Source of the DNA: Chlamydiota bacterium
Lineage (GTDB): Bacteria; Auribacterota; Tritonobacteria; UBA1439
Assembly: GCA_037133055.1 (NCBI GenBank)
Contig: JBAXOY010000025.1
Span: 1 to 29,385 of the forward strand
Direction of reading: 5' to 3'
DNA length: 29,385 bases
The notes below the pieces were generated by a model. The model was given only the letters and a program-made list of their open reading frames with translations. It was not told the origin of the DNA and made no database searches. The translations under genes were made by a program, and so were the position numbers. This document shows, piece by piece, positions 1 to 9,269 of the stretch; the stretch's first letter is position 1; the number at the start of each line of letters is the position of its first letter.

Positions 1-675
1 CTTCACGACCAGCTCAAGCCCGCGGACCTCGACACGGACGACGCGACCCCCGAGAAGATCGGAGAGGCGGTGAGCGCCCGCATCGCCGACGCGTACGCGC
101 GGAAGGCCGGCTTCGAGGACGATGCCGCGCGCCGGATGGCCCGGGACGCCGGCGGCGAGGAGGGCGAGCCGGGGATGCAGCGGCTCTCGCGCCTTCTGAT
201 GCTCTCCGTCGTGGACCGCCTCTGGAAGGAGCACCTCTACAACATGGACGCCCTTCGCGAGGGGATCTTCCTCAGGGCGTACGGGCAGAAAGACCCGCTC
301 GTCGAGTACAAGAAGGAAGGATTCGACATGTTCTCCGAGATGATGGAGACCGTCAAGGAGGGGATCGTGGGCGGCATATTCCGCACCACCTTTTCTCCCC
401 AGACGATCCGGCAGATCATGGCGGAGCCCGCGCAGCAGACGTATGTCCACAGGGAGGTCAGCGCCTTCCGGATGGCCGCGGAGGAGGAGCCCGAGCCGGC
501 GCTCGCGGGCATCGCGACGCGGCCCGAGGTGTCGTACTCGAGCGGGGAGGACGATGAGCCGAGGCCCGCGAAAAAGCCGTTCGTCAGGCAGGAGCGCAAG
601 GTAAGCCCGAACGAGCCGTGCCCCTGCGGGAGCGGGAAGAAACACAAGAAGTGCTGCGGGGTCGGCACGCACTGA
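1..675 (+). CDS. secA: Preprotein translocase subunit SecA, C-terminal part (5'-truncated by the window)
   Basis: Frame is open from base 1. Motifs 'VDRLWKEHLYNMDALREGIFLRAYGQKDPLVEYKKEGFDMF' and the terminal SEC-C Zn motif 'PNEPCPCGSGKKHKKCCG'. Confidence 0.97.
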   Translation, partial: LHDQLKPADLDTDDATPEKIGEAVSARIADAYARKAGFEDDAARRMARDAGGEEGEPGMQRLSRLLMLSVVDRLWKEHLYNMDALREGIFLRAYGQKDPLVEYKKEGFDMFSEMMETVKEGIVGGIFRTTFSPQTIRQIMAEPAQQTYVHREVSAFRMAAEEEPEPALAGIATRPEVSYSSGEDDEPRPAKKPFVRQERKVSPNEPCPCGSGKKHKKCCGVGTH

Positions 676-697
676 TCGGTTCATCACCGGGAGTTTC

Positions 698-2203
698 ATG
701 TATCCCTATCTTCTCTCCATCTTCTCCGGTCTCCTGCTTGCCGTGTCCTTTCCAAGCACGGACTGGAACTGCCTTGCCTGGGCGGGGCTCATCCCGTTCT
801 TCATCGCGGTCGAGGGGAGGGGCTGGAGGGAAACGTTGGGGATCGGCTACGTCGGGGGCGCCGCCTTCTACTGGAGCCTTCTCTACTGGCTGAACAACGT
901 CACGGTCGCCGGCTTTCTCGTCTTGACGCTTTACCTCGCGTTCTACTTCCCCCTCTTCGGGATACTCATGAACTTCGCACGGCGCAGGGTCCCTGCGCCG
1001 TGGTGGCTCGTCGCCCCGGTCGTCTGGACCGCGCTCGAGTACGGGCGGACCTATGCGTTCACGGGCTTCCCGTGGGATGTGATGGGGGCGACGCAGCACC
1101 GGGCGATACCGCTCATCCAGTTCGCCTCCATCACGGGCGTCTACGGAGTGTCGTTCCTGGTGGTGCTTGTGAACGCCGCCCTCTACGAGTGCGCGGCGGG
1201 GAGGGGCATGGGGCGCGTCGTGCCGGCCCTCGGCGCCGCGATCGCCGTCGCCGGCGCGCTCGTGTACAGCGAGTGGTGGATGCGCGATGGGGCGGCCCTC
1301 GGCGGCTCCCTCCGGGTGGCGATTGTGCAGGGGAACGTGCCCCAGGAGGAGAAGTTCGGGGAGGGGTTCACGCGGGAGATTATCGGGAAGTTCCATCGCC
1401 TTACGCGCCGGGTGAAGGAGGCGAAGCCCGACCTGGTGGTGTGGCCGGAAACATCGGTGCCCGGTTACTACTGGTACGACCCGCTCGTCCGCGGCACGAC
1501 CGCGGAGCTCCAGCGGGAGATGCGGACGCCGCTTCTCCTCGGGAGCGTCCACGTCTCCGACCTCGACAACCCGAACTACTACAACTGCGTCTTTCTGGTC
1601 GACGCGGGCGGGGATCCGGTCGGACGCTACGACAAGATCCACCTCGTCCTCTTCGGAGAGATCATCCCCTGCAAGACGATCTTCCCGTTCCTGAAATATG
1701 TCGTGCCTTTTGAGGAGGATTTCACTCCGGGGAGCGAGTTCACCGTCTTCCCGCTCGCGCAGGGGGACTTCTCCGCGCTCATCTGCTTCGAGGACGTGCT
1801 CCCCGACCTGGCGCGGAACTTCGTGAAGCGGGGCGCGCGGTTCCTCGTAAACGTCACGAACGACGCCTGGTTCGGGAGGACGAGCCAGCCGTACCAGCAG
1901 GCGGCGCACGCGGTCTTCCGCTGCGTGGAGAACTGCGTGAGCATGGTCCGGGCCACGAACACCGGGGTCTCGTGCTACATCGACCCGTTCGGGAGGGTCT
2001 ACGGGGTGCTGAGAAACGCGGCGGGCGAGGATCTCTACGTCGAGGGGACGGCGGTCAGGGACGTGCGGCTCACGCACACGAGCACCTTCTACACGCGGCA
2101 CGGGAATGTATTTTCAGTCTCGTGCGCGGCGCTCTCGGTGGTCTTGTTCGCCCTCGGCTTCGTGCCGCGGGGGGATCGCCGGGGCGTGAAGGGCCGCACG
2201 TGA
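698..2203 (+). CDS. lnt: Apolipoprotein N-acyltransferase
   Basis: Multi-TM N-terminus, 'GFPW', 'VQGNVPQ', and nitrilase-fold triad motifs WPET / YDKIHLVLFGE / ICFED, plus 'NVTNDAWFG' and 'RATNTGVS'. Confidence 0.96.
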   Translation: MYPYLLSIFSGLLLAVSFPSTDWNCLAWAGLIPFFIAVEGRGWRETLGIGYVGGAAFYWSLLYWLNNVTVAGFLVLTLYLAFYFPLFGILMNFARRRVPAPWWLVAPVVWTALEYGRTYAFTGFPWDVMGATQHRAIPLIQFASITGVYGVSFLVVLVNAALYECAAGRGMGRVVPALGAAIAVAGALVYSEWWMRDGAALGGSLRVAIVQGNVPQEEKFGEGFTREIIGKFHRLTRRVKEAKPDLVVWPETSVPGYYWYDPLVRGTTAELQREMRTPLLLGSVHVSDLDNPNYYNCVFLVDAGGDPVGRYDKIHLVLFGEIIPCKTIFPFLKYVVPFEEDFTPGSEFTVFPLAQGDFSALICFEDVLPDLARNFVKRGARFLVNVTNDAWFGRTSQPYQQAAHAVFRCVENCVSMVRATNTGVSCYIDPFGRVYGVLRNAAGEDLYVEGTAVRDVRLTHTSTFYTRHGNVFSVSCAALSVVLFALGFVPRGDRRGVKGRT

Positions 2204-2209
2204 TATAAT
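2201..2209 (+). promoter_or_regulatory. Extended -10 promoter (TGnTATAAT) for prfB, overlapping the lnt stop codon
   Basis: TGATATAAT at 2201-2209, then SD GGAGG at 2221-2225 and ATG at 2231. No recognisable -35. Confidence 0.65.
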
Positions 2210-2230
2210 GGGCGCACCGCGGAGGGTACC

Positions 2231-3335
2231 ATGCTCGACGAACTGACGGAACGGCACAGGAAGCTCATGGAGGGGCTGCAAAAACTCGGAGACTATCTTT
2301 GACCTCGCTGCAAAGCGGAAGGAGATGTTCGAGCTCGAGGGGAAGATAGGCAGGCCGGACTTCTGGAACGACCAGGCGGGGGCCCGGACCGTCACCGAAC
2401 TGCTCTCGAGGATCAGGGAGGCCGTCGAATCCTGGGAGAAGCTGAAGAGGGACGCCGAGGACCTCGGCGTCTTCTTCGAACTCGTCAGGGCGGAGGGGGA
2501 CGAGGGGTCCGCGCCCGACCTCGCGAAGGACCTCGAGAAGGTCGAGGGCGAGTACCGCGATCTCGAGCTCAGGTCGATGCTTGGAGACCCCCGCGACCGG
2601 TCCGGCGCGATCATGATGATACACGCCGGGGCGGGGGGCACCGAGGCCTGCGACTGGGTCACTATGCTTCTAAGAATGTACCGGCGATGGGCGGAGGGAC
2701 GCGGATACGCGGCGGAGGTCCTTGACATGGCCCCGGGCGAAGAGGCGGGGTTCCGCAGCGTCACGCTCTCGGTCAAGGGCGACTACGCCTACGGGTACCT
2801 CAAGGCGGAGCAGGGGGTGCACCGGCTCGTGAGGATCTCTCCGTTCGACTCGGCCAAGCGCCGGCACACCTCCTTTGCCTCCGCGGACGTGGTGCCGGAG
2901 GTGGAGGGCGAGCTGGAGGTCGAGATCAAGGACGACGACCTCAGGGTCGACACCTTCCGGGCGCACGGGGCCGGCGGCCAGCACGTCAACAAGACCGACT
3001 CCGCGGTGCGCATGACGCACATCCCCACCGGGATCGTGGTGCAGTGCCAGAACGAGCGCTCGCAGTACAAGAACCGGGTGACCGCGATGCGCGTCCTCAT
3101 CGCCCGCGTCGCCGAGCACTACCGCCGGATCAAGGACGAGGAAATGGCGAAGGAGCGCGGCGAGAAGCAGGATATCGCATGGGGAAGCCAGATCCGCTCC
3201 TACGTCTTCCAGCCGTACCAGATGGTCAAGGACCACCGGACAAAGCACGAGTCGGGGAACGTCCAGGCCGTGATGGACGGGGAGATTCAGCCGTTCATCG
3301 AGGCATTTCTCAGGGGCGGGGGGAAGGGGGAATAG
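2231..3335 (+). CDS. prfB: Peptide chain release factor 2, join(2231..2299,2301..3335) by +1 frameshift, about 367 aa
   Basis: A 23-codon first ORF (MLDELTERHRKLMEGLQKLGDYL) ends in CTT TGA C. The +1 frame continues into the 2325..3335 ORF, which has SPF ('RISPFD') and GGQ ('GAGGQHVN') motifs. Confidence 0.97.
2288..2303 (+). promoter_or_regulatory. RF2 autoregulatory +1 programmed ribosomal frameshift site
   Basis: GGAGAC TAT CTT TGA C: an internal SD-like GGAG followed by the canonical CTTTGAC slip site at 2297-2303. Confidence 0.93.
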
Positions 3336-3374
3336 CCGTATCGGCGTGTGGGCGTATCAGCGTGAGGGCGTGTG
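3335..3374 (+). repeat. Degenerate 8-bp tandem array, 5 units, directly after the prfB stop
   Basis: GCCGTATC GGCGTGTG GGCGTATC AGCGTGAG GGCGTGTG. Confidence 0.75.
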
Positions 3375-3411
3375 CGAATGGAAGGAGATGACGGCCCGGG
3401 GCAAATATCGT

Positions 3412-3441
3412 TTGCCCGGCGGAAGTGTGGTGCGTTACAAT
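3412..3441 (+). promoter_or_regulatory. Putative sigma70 promoter for the small gene at 3481
   Basis: TTGCCC (3412-3417), 18 bp spacer, TACAAT (3436-3441). The -35 overlaps the inverted repeat GGGCAAA-N5-TTTGCCC (3399-3417). Confidence 0.5.
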
Positions 3442-3480
3442 CAGCGACGCCACGCAGGGGGAAGCCGAATGGAGGATCCG

Positions 3481-3912
3481 ATGAACAGGGGACGGTGTAT
3501 CGCGGCGATCATGCTATGCACGTTCGTCTGCGGGACGGCATCCGCGACGTATCTCGACAACATCTCCCTCAAGATTGACAGGGGGTTCTCGAACGCGCTC
3601 GGATGCTGGCTGGAGATCCCGTACCAGACCTACGCGACGGCGAAGGAGAAGGGGATCATCGCGGGAGGGCCGATGGGGCTCGGCAAGGGGGCCCTGATGC
3701 TGCCCTGCCGTCTCGTCTCCGGCGCCCTCGACATCGCCACCTTCCCCGCGCCCTGCCCGCGGTCGGGCTGGAACGGGTTGATGGAGCCCCAGTACAACCC
3801 GTGGGTCGAGCAGCCGGACCAGGCGGGGCCCGGGACTCAGCCCGCCGCGGGGCAGCCCATCGTGGAACAGCCCGCCCCGCCCCCGGCCGAGCGGCCCGGC
3901 CAGGCGCCGTGA
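3481..3912 (+). CDS. Small secreted/membrane protein resembling the putative exosortase-associated TIGR04073 family (143 aa)
   Basis: SD GGAGG at 3471-3475 before ATG 3481. Signal-peptide-like N-terminus, pattern 'KIDRGFSNALGCWLEIP...GLGKG...RLVSGALDIATFP...MEPQY', and a Pro/Gln-rich tail. The family call is from recalled pattern only. Confidence 0.6.
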   Translation: MNRGRCIAAIMLCTFVCGTASATYLDNISLKIDRGFSNALGCWLEIPYQTYATAKEKGIIAGGPMGLGKGALMLPCRLVSGALDIATFPAPCPRSGWNGLMEPQYNPWVEQPDQAGPGTQPAAGQPIVEQPAPPPAERPGQAP

Positions 3913-3943
3913 AGGAGTTCCCGGGGCCCGAACGGATGTGAAC

Positions 3944-3982
3944 AAAGGCGCGCGGGCGCGGGAAACGCCTGTGCGCCTTTTT
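3944..3982 (+). terminator. Intrinsic terminator-like hairpin
   Basis: AAAGGCGCGCGGGCG (3944-3958) pairs with CGCCTGTGCGCCTTT (3966-3980): 15 bp with two G-U pairs, a 7-nt loop, and a T run at 3978-3982. Confidence 0.75.
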
Positions 3983-4020
3983 CATCGCGAAGGTGATTGC
4001 GCAACAGAGGTAACGCACGC

Positions 4021-5538
4021 ATGGAAACCGAGGATCTGTACGGGCAGCGCCTCGAGAAGCTCGCGCGCCTTCTCGAGAAGGGCGCCGGGGTCTATCGGGA
4101 GGGGTTCCCCTCGCGGCAGCCCATCGGGTTCGCTGTGGCGCAATTCTCCGAAGGGAAGGAGACGCGCCTCGCGGGAAGGATCACCTCGCTCAGGGGGCAC
4201 GGCAAGGCGGTCTTCGCGGACCTGCGGGACGGGACCGGTCGGATCCAGCTCTACCTCAAGAAGGACACACTCCCCGGGGACGCCTTCGACCTGGTGGCTC
4301 TGCTCGATCTCGGCGACATCATCGGCGTCCGCGGATCGTTCTTCGTCACCCGCACGGGCGAAAAGACGCTCGAGGTGAAGGAGATCGCGGTCCTCTCGAA
4401 GGCGCTCCGCGAGCCCCCGCTCGGCAAGACCAAGGAAGGGAAGCACTGGTACACCCTCGCCGACGTGGAAACGCGCTACCGGCAGCGGTACCTCGACCTG
4501 ATGGCGAACGAGGAGTCGATGCGCATCTTCATGGTCCGGAGCCGCATCGTCCGGGGCATCAGGGCGTTCCTCGACGCGCGCGGCTTTCTCGAGGTGGAGA
4601 CCCCGATGATGCAGCCGCTTCCCGGGGGCGCCGCGGCACGGCCGTTCGTGACGCACCACCGCGCCCTTGACACCGACCTGTACCTCCGCGTGGCGCCGGA
4701 GCTGTACCTGAAGCGGCTGCTCGTGGGCGGGTTCGAGAAGATCTACGAGCTCAACCGCAATTTCCGCAACGAGGGCATCTCGACGCGGCACAATCCCGAG
4801 TTCACGATGCTCGAGCTCTACCAGGCATTCGCGGATTACCGGGATATCATGGCGCTCGTCGAGGAGATGACGGTCTCTCTCGCCGATTCGGTGCTGGGGG
4901 CGCGCACCCTGCAGTATCGCGGGAAGGAGATATCCCTCGCGCCGCCGTGGCCCAGGGTGCCGCTCCTCGAAGCGATCCGCGAGCGCACCGGAGAGGATCT
5001 TTCTCCCGAGAAGGGCGAGGCCTCCGCGGCCGCGGCCGCGGCGCGGCTGAATCTCGCGATCGAGGGGCCGAAGACGTACGCCAAGATCGTGGACGAGGCG
5101 GTGAAGAGCTTCGTGGTGCCCACGCTCATCGCGCCGACCTTTCTCATCGACCATCCCGTCGCCCTCTCCCCGCTCGCCAGGAAGAAGGCGGACAACCCGC
5201 TCCTTGCCGAGCGGTTCCAGCCGTACATCGGCGGCATCGAGGTCGGGAACGCCTTCTCGGAGCTGAACGACCCCCTGGACCAGCGGGAGCGGTTCGAGGC
5301 GCAGCTCGCCGCGAGGGGCCGCGGGGACGAGGAGGCGCACCGGATGGACGAGGACTTCATCAGGGCGCTCGAATACGGGATGCCCCCGGCGGGGGGGCTC
5401 GGGATCGGCGTCGACCGGCTGGTGATGCTCTTCACGGGGGCCGAGTCGATCCGGGACGTGATCCTCTTCCCCCAGCTGAAGCCGGAGGCAAAGACGCCTG
5501 ACATCCGCACGAACGCCATCCCCCGGAAGGATGAGTGA
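4021..5538 (+). CDS. lysS: Lysine--tRNA ligase (class II)
   Basis: OB-fold N-terminus, 'RYRQRYLDL', 'FLEVETP', 'GGAAARPF', 'FRNEG', 'HNPEF', 'GLGIGVDRL'. SD GAGGT at 4007-4011 favours ATG 4021. Confidence 0.98.
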   Translation: METEDLYGQRLEKLARLLEKGAGVYREGFPSRQPIGFAVAQFSEGKETRLAGRITSLRGHGKAVFADLRDGTGRIQLYLKKDTLPGDAFDLVALLDLGDIIGVRGSFFVTRTGEKTLEVKEIAVLSKALREPPLGKTKEGKHWYTLADVETRYRQRYLDLMANEESMRIFMVRSRIVRGIRAFLDARGFLEVETPMMQPLPGGAAARPFVTHHRALDTDLYLRVAPELYLKRLLVGGFEKIYELNRNFRNEGISTRHNPEFTMLELYQAFADYRDIMALVEEMTVSLADSVLGARTLQYRGKEISLAPPWPRVPLLEAIRERTGEDLSPEKGEASAAAAAARLNLAIEGPKTYAKIVDEAVKSFVVPTLIAPTFLIDHPVALSPLARKKADNPLLAERFQPYIGGIEVGNAFSELNDPLDQRERFEAQLAARGRGDEEAHRMDEDFIRALEYGMPPAGGLGIGVDRLVMLFTGAESIRDVILFPQLKPEAKTPDIRTNAIPRKDE

Positions 5539-6773
5539 GGGCATCGTGAGAATGCCGTTCGAGATGTTCGTCAGTCTCCGCTACCTCAAGGCGAAGCGCA
5601 AGCACCGCTTCATCTCCTTCATCTCCTTCATCTCGGTGGCGGGGGTCGCCCTGGGCGTGATGGCGCTCATCGTGGTGCTCGCGGTGATGAGCGGCTTCGA
5701 GCGGGACATGAAGGAGAAGGTGATCGGCGTCTACTCGGAGCTGAACATCCAGGAGCGGAGCGTGATGCACGGCTGGCAGGACGTGGTCAAAAAGGCGGAA
5801 CTCGTCCCCAACGTCGTGGCGGCGAGCCCCTACATCCTCGGGCAGGTGATCGTCCGGGCGCCGCGGCAGGCGCGCGGCGTCGTGGTGCGGGGGATCGAGC
5901 CCGCGGGTGAGGGGAGGACCACCTCGCTCAAGAAATTCATCGCCCAGGGAACCCTCCTCGCCGGCGGCCCCGGCATCCTGGTGGGCGAGGAGCTCGCGAA
6001 GGACATGGGGCTCGACGTCGGCGACGGGGTGAAGCTCGTCTCCCCGGTGGAGATGGACACCCCCGCAGGCCCGGTGCCGGTGGTCCTCGACCGGGTGATC
6101 GCCGGCATCTTCGACTCCGGGATGTATGAGTACGACTCCTCGCTCATCTACGCAGACCTCGACACCGCCCAGAAGCTGTTCCGGTTTGCCGGCGGAGTCC
6201 ACGGCGTGAGCGTCCGGATCAGGGACCTCGATCTCACCGACCGCGTCAAGGCGGAACTCAAGGCGAAGTTCCCGTTCCCGTACGTGGTGACAAGCTGGAA
6301 GGAGAAGAACCCGGGCCTCTTCGCCGCGGTCAACATGGAGAAGAAGGTCATGTTCATCATCGTGGCGCTCATCGTGCTGGTCGCGGCCCTGAACATCGCG
6401 AGCACCCTGATCATGGTGGTCATGGAGAAGACGAAGGATATCGGCATCCTCAAGGCGATCGGGGTCAGGCCGCTGAGCATCATGGCCATTTTCACGGCGG
6501 AGGGGGCGATCATCGGCACCACCGGCGCCCTCATCGGCACGGTCGCGGGCTGGCTCTTCGCCGAGTATATCAACCCGATCGCGGACTTAGTCGGCTGGCT
6601 CACCGGCTTCCAGCTTTTCCGGAGCGACATCTACTATCTGGACCGGATCCCGGCCGATCTCTCCTGGACGCGCATCGCCATGACCGCCGCCGTCGCGCTC
6701 GCCCTGAGCACGATCGCGGCGCTCTATCCGGCATGGAAGGCGTCGAGGCTCGATCCCGTGGAGGCGCTGCGCT

Positions 6774-6781
<8 letters not shown>
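5531..6781 (+). CDS. lolE: Lipoprotein-releasing ABC transporter permease, LolC/E family (start may be ATG 5552)
   Basis: '[19 protein letters not shown]', 'VLAVMSGFE', '[13 protein letters not shown]', '[18 protein letters not shown]'. Adjacent to a lolD-like ATPase. Confidence 0.92.
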
Positions 6782-7469
<688 letters not shown>

Positions 7470-7481
<12 letters not shown>

Positions 7482-7522
7482 AAGTCAAGTTCTCACCGCG
7501 GAGAGCACGGGGGATCACTGGG
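7470..7522 (+). repeat. Composite junction repeat: a 7-bp array spanning the lolD stop, then a CACGGAG-family module
   Basis: GTTGAAA GTTAAAA GTCAAG (7470-7489), then TTCTCACCGCGGAGAGCACGG (7490-7510), which is 20/21 identical to 14446-14466. Confidence 0.7.
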
Positions 7523-7584
7523 GAAACCAGAAAAGGCCTTTTCAAATCCGGGGGATGGTCTCCCGTAGTCTTCCGATTAGGCTG

Positions 7585-7614
7585 TTGACACCGAAAAGAG
7601 ATTTCGGCTATTGT
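7585..7614 (+). promoter_or_regulatory. Sigma70 promoter for ilvE with a palindrome in the spacer
   Basis: TTGACA (7585-7590), 18 bp spacer, TATTGT (7609-7614). The spacer holds CCGAAA-N5-TTTCGG (7591-7607). Confidence 0.65.
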
Positions 7615-7653
7615 GGTGCTGTTCGCGCGCGCCTTTTCCACCGGAGAGAACAG

Positions 7654-8520
7654 ATGAAGATTTACATCAACGGAAAATTCTACTCCAAGTCGGAGGCCAA
7701 GATCTCCGTCTACGACCACGGTTTTCTCTACGGGGACGGTGTCTTCGAGGGGATCCGCGCCTACCAGGGCAGGATATTCAGGCTCCAGGAGCACGTCGAC
7801 AGGCTCTTCAAGAGCGCGCACACGATCATGCTCACCATGCCGATGACCCGGGAGGAGATGGTCGAGGCCGTCGCGGCGACCGTCAGGGAAAACGGCCTGA
7901 AAGATGCCTATATCCGGCTCGTCGTCACGCGCGGAGTCGGCGCGCTTGGCCTGAACCCGTTCAACTGCGAGACACCGCAGATCGTCATCATCGCGGACAA
8001 GATTGTTCTCTATCCTAAGGCATTCTACCAGAATGGATTGGGAGTCGTCACGGTCCCCACCCAGCGGAATCTCGGCGAGGCGGTCAACCCGCGGATAAAG
8101 TCCCTGAATTACCTGAACAACATCATGGCCAAGATCGAGGCGATCAACGCGGGCGTCCACGAGGCGATCATGCTGAACACGTACGGCTATGTCGCCGAGT
8201 GCACCGGCGACAATCTCTTCATCGCCAGCAAGGGCATGCTCCTCACCCCGGCCCTCTACATGGGGGTCCTCGAGGGGATCACCCGCGACGAGATCATCGC
8301 CCTCGCCGCGCGGAACGGGATCGAGGTCAGGGAGACCGTGCTCACCCGGCACGACATTTTCAACGCCGACGAGTGTTTCCTCACCGGCACCGCCGCGGAG
8401 ATCATTCCCGTCGTCAAGGTCGATGGCCGTGTCATCGGCAACGGAAAGCCCGGCCCGATGACGAAGCGCCTGATGGCGGATTTTCACGAGCTGGTGCGCA
8501 AGGAAGGATTCCCGATCTGA
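7654..8520 (+). CDS. ilvE: Branched-chain amino acid aminotransferase (class IV PLP enzyme), 288 aa
   Basis: 'ISVYDHGFLYGDGVFEGIRAY', 'FRLQEHVDRL', PLP Lys in 'RIKSLNYLNNI', 'LEGITR', 'ADECFLTGTAAEIIPV'. GGAG lies before ATG 7654. Confidence 0.95.
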   Translation: MKIYINGKFYSKSEAKISVYDHGFLYGDGVFEGIRAYQGRIFRLQEHVDRLFKSAHTIMLTMPMTREEMVEAVAATVRENGLKDAYIRLVVTRGVGALGLNPFNCETPQIVIIADKIVLYPKAFYQNGLGVVTVPTQRNLGEAVNPRIKSLNYLNNIMAKIEAINAGVHEAIMLNTYGYVAECTGDNLFIASKGMLLTPALYMGVLEGITRDEIIALAARNGIEVRETVLTRHDIFNADECFLTGTAAEIIPVVKVDGRVIGNGKPGPMTKRLMADFHELVRKEGFPI

Positions 8521-8525
8521 ATCAT

Positions 8526-8648
8526 GGAGGGAAGATCCCTGAGCCGGAGAGGGGGGGATCCGGAGATCCGGGGAAAAATCAAAGCCTTAAAGCTCCCCCC
8601 TTCCCCGGCTCCCCGATTCCCCGGCTCTTCCCTCCCCCCGTCCCCGAT
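8526..8648. repeat. Fold-back element with an 8-bp TCCCCGNN tandem array
   Basis: Outer inverted repeat GGAGGGAAGA (8526-8535) / TCTTCCCTCC (8626-8635). Inner inverted repeat CCGGGGAA (8568-8575) / TTCCCCGG (8601-8608). Units TCCCCGGC TCCCCGAT TCCCCGGC (8602-8625) and TCCCCGAT (8641-8648). Confidence 0.75.
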
Positions 8649-8658
8649 GTGATATACT
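8648..8658 (+). promoter_or_regulatory. Extended -10 promoter (TRTGnTATACT) for mcsA-mcsB-clpC
   Basis: TGTGATATACT at 8648-8658, SD AGGAG at 8677-8681, ATG at 8693. Confidence 0.65.
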
Positions 8659-8692
8659 GTCAGCCTTCACGGCATCAGGAGCCCGGATCCCC

Positions 8693-9229
8693 ATGAATTG
8701 CGAAATGTGCAAGAAGAACCCCTCCACGGTAAGCTACACCGAGGTGGTGAACAAGAAAGTCCTGAAGATGAACCTGTGCGAGGACTGCGCGAAGAAAAAG
8801 GGCGTCAGCGTTCATGCGCCGTTCACGATTGCCGATCTCCTCTCCGGCCTCGCAGATGTGGGGGCGAGGGCCGAGGAGGACGCCGGGAAGACCTGCCCCT
8901 CGTGCGGCCTGACCTACGGCGATTTCAGGAAGACAGGGCGGCTGGGCTGCGACGGATGCTACTCGGCGTTCGAAAAGGGTCTCAGGGGGCTCCTCGAGAC
9001 GATACACAAGAGCACGAGCCACACCGGCAAGGTCCCCTCCCACGCGAAGGGAGAGGCCGACGAGCTCTGTCTGCTGAGGGAGCTCGAGTCCGGGCTGTGC
9101 GCGGCGGTGGAGAAGGAGGAGTTCGAGAAGGCCGCCGGGATCAGGGACCGGATACAGGATTTGAAGAAGAATGCACGGGCGAGGGAGCGCGCCGCGAAAA
9201 AAGAGAAGAACGCAAGGACCCGCGGATAA
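8693..9229 (+). CDS. mcsA: Protein-arginine kinase activator McsA
   Basis: Four CxxC motifs (CEMC, CEDC, CPSC, CDGC), 'GRLGC', 'HTGKVP', and a C-terminal UVR motif 'AVEKEEFEKAAGIRDRI'. Lies upstream of mcsB-clpC. Confidence 0.95.
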   Translation: MNCEMCKKNPSTVSYTEVVNKKVLKMNLCEDCAKKKGVSVHAPFTIADLLSGLADVGARAEEDAGKTCPSCGLTYGDFRKTGRLGCDGCYSAFEKGLRGLLETIHKSTSHTGKVPSHAKGEADELCLLRELESGLCAAVEKEEFEKAAGIRDRIQDLKKNARARERAAKKEKNARTRG

Positions 9230-9247
9230 TTGTCTGGCCGCGGGTCC
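9216..9247 (+). other. Perfect 10-bp hairpin with the mcsA stop codon in its loop
   Basis: GGACCCGCGG (9216-9225) / CCGCGGGTCC (9238-9247). TAA at 9227-9229 sits in the 12-nt loop. No U-tract follows. Confidence 0.7.
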
Positions 9248-9269
9248 GCGCGGATCACTATCCCCTTGC

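Noticed and set aside
2297..2303. prfB as a frameshifted pseudogene or sequencing error
   Set aside because: The break is exactly the conserved CTT TGA C programmed frameshift and both parts are intact.
3913..4020. T-box or lysine riboswitch upstream of lysS
   Set aside because: The region is only about 108 nt and has no T-box consensus (GGTGGNACCGCG) or room for stem I or an L-box aptamer.
5609..5634. 9-bp repeat TTCATCTCC in lolC/E
   Set aside because: It encodes the FISFIS-type motif normal for LolC/E N-termini, so it is explained at the protein level.
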